Origin: Vicugna vicugna
Lineage: Eukaryota
Reading direction: 5' to 3'
Length of the DNA: 64,000 nt
Assembly: GCA_013265495.1 (NCBI GenBank)
Contig: MU058198.1
Location: 7,145,779 to 7,209,778, forward strand
Shown here: piece by piece, positions 63,030 through 64,000 of the stretch
How positions within the stretch are numbered: the stretch's first letter is position 1
Layout of the letters: every line of letters begins with the position of its first letter
Notes under the pieces: model-generated
Seen by the model: the letters and a program-made list of their open reading frames with translations, nothing else
The model's database searches: none
Told to the model about the DNA's origin: nothing
Program-made: the position numbers and the translations under genes

Positions 63030-64000
63030 CCATGCTACATTCACCTACCAGATTGTGCCACCGCCTTCTCCCCTGTTGCTGTGGGTGAACTATCTGTGAT
63101 CCTGGCCAACCACAGCCTTTCCACTTGGGCACTGCGTCCCATCTCCTAACCTACACAGGCCATCCCTCCAGCAACCTTCCCATCACTCGTGTATCATCAA
63201 TTTTTCTCAACATACTAGATTGTTCCTGTTGGCATACCAACATCTGTCATTTCCTCCAGCTTAAAAAACAAAAAACAAAAACCTCCCTTTATCCTATTTC
63301 CCCTCCAAATATCACACCATTTCTTTCCTACCTATTCAGTAAAAAAAAACCCAGAGTACAGACCTGCTATCTTCAATTTCTTTCCTTCCATTGTTCAATC
63401 AGGTTTCAACCCACTGCTCCACACAAAACTGCTTTTATCAAGGTCACCAATGACCTTCACATTCCTAAATCTAGAGATCGATTTGCAGACTTGACTTTAC
63501 TTGACCCATCAGCAACATCTACAGCTGATCCTGAAACCACTCTTGACTTTGCTTCTAGGAATCATACTCTCCTGGTTCTCCTTATACCTCACCAGCTTCT
63601 CCTGCCAGTCCTTCTCCTTTACTGGTTCTTTCTCATCTTCCCCTTCTTGAAATGTTGGAGCTACAGGGTTCAATCTTTGAACAGCTTCCTTTCATAGCTA
63701 TACCTGCTGCCTTAATGACCTCATCCAGACCGACGGGGGAGATTTAGTCCCACGTAAAGGCTGACAACTTTAAATTTCGAAATTATTTCCAGTTTAAACC
63801 TCTAACCGAAATCCAAACTTATATAATACTGGACATCCAGTTTACTTGGCATCTCCATCTGTATGTCCAAGAAGTATTTCAAACTTCACATTCCAAAAAT
63901 GAGCTCCTGATAACATCCTCAAATCTACTTTCCCCCCAGTTTTCCCCATCCATATCAGTATATTGCAACTCCATTCTTCTAGTTTTCTAAGAAAAATGTT
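63030..64000. mobile_element. LINE-2 relic in a TBC1D10B intron
   Basis: L2 motifs such as AAACTGCTTTTATCAAGGTCACCAATGACCTTCAC and CTTGGCATCTCCATCTGTATGTC. Confidence 0.75.

Overview
Mammalian genomic DNA, most likely from a camelid (many tRNA-derived vic-1-type SINEs). The window is syntenic to human 16p11.2 and holds five protein-coding genes. C16orf54 (+) has one coding exon, 217 aa. QPRT (-) has 4 coding exons, 299 aa. SPN/CD43 (-) has one coding exon, about 391 aa. CD2BP2 (-) has 6 coding exons, 341 aa. Only the last five exons of TBC1D10B (-) are in the window. Intergenic and intronic DNA is mostly L1, L2, MIR, MLT/MER and SINE relics, with one 83-N assembly gap inside a (GAAA)n tract. 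I found no clearly new biological system. The best leads are: (1) SPN directly next to CD2BP2, the likely ancestral state of the human 16p11.2 rearrangement breakpoints; (2) a U6-L1 chimeric retrocopy with a target-site duplication (TSD) in the QPRT promoter; (3) a 119-bp, ~91% identical local duplication bracketing QPRT exon 1, next to an inverted pair of HNF4-type sites; (4) a 3'-truncated U4 retrocopy; (5) a CD43 cytoplasmic tail that has lost conserved basic motifs; (6) weak exon-like remnants at 49.4-50.8 kb. Gene and repeat identities come from my recall of known sequences, not database searches. Repeat boundaries are approximate.
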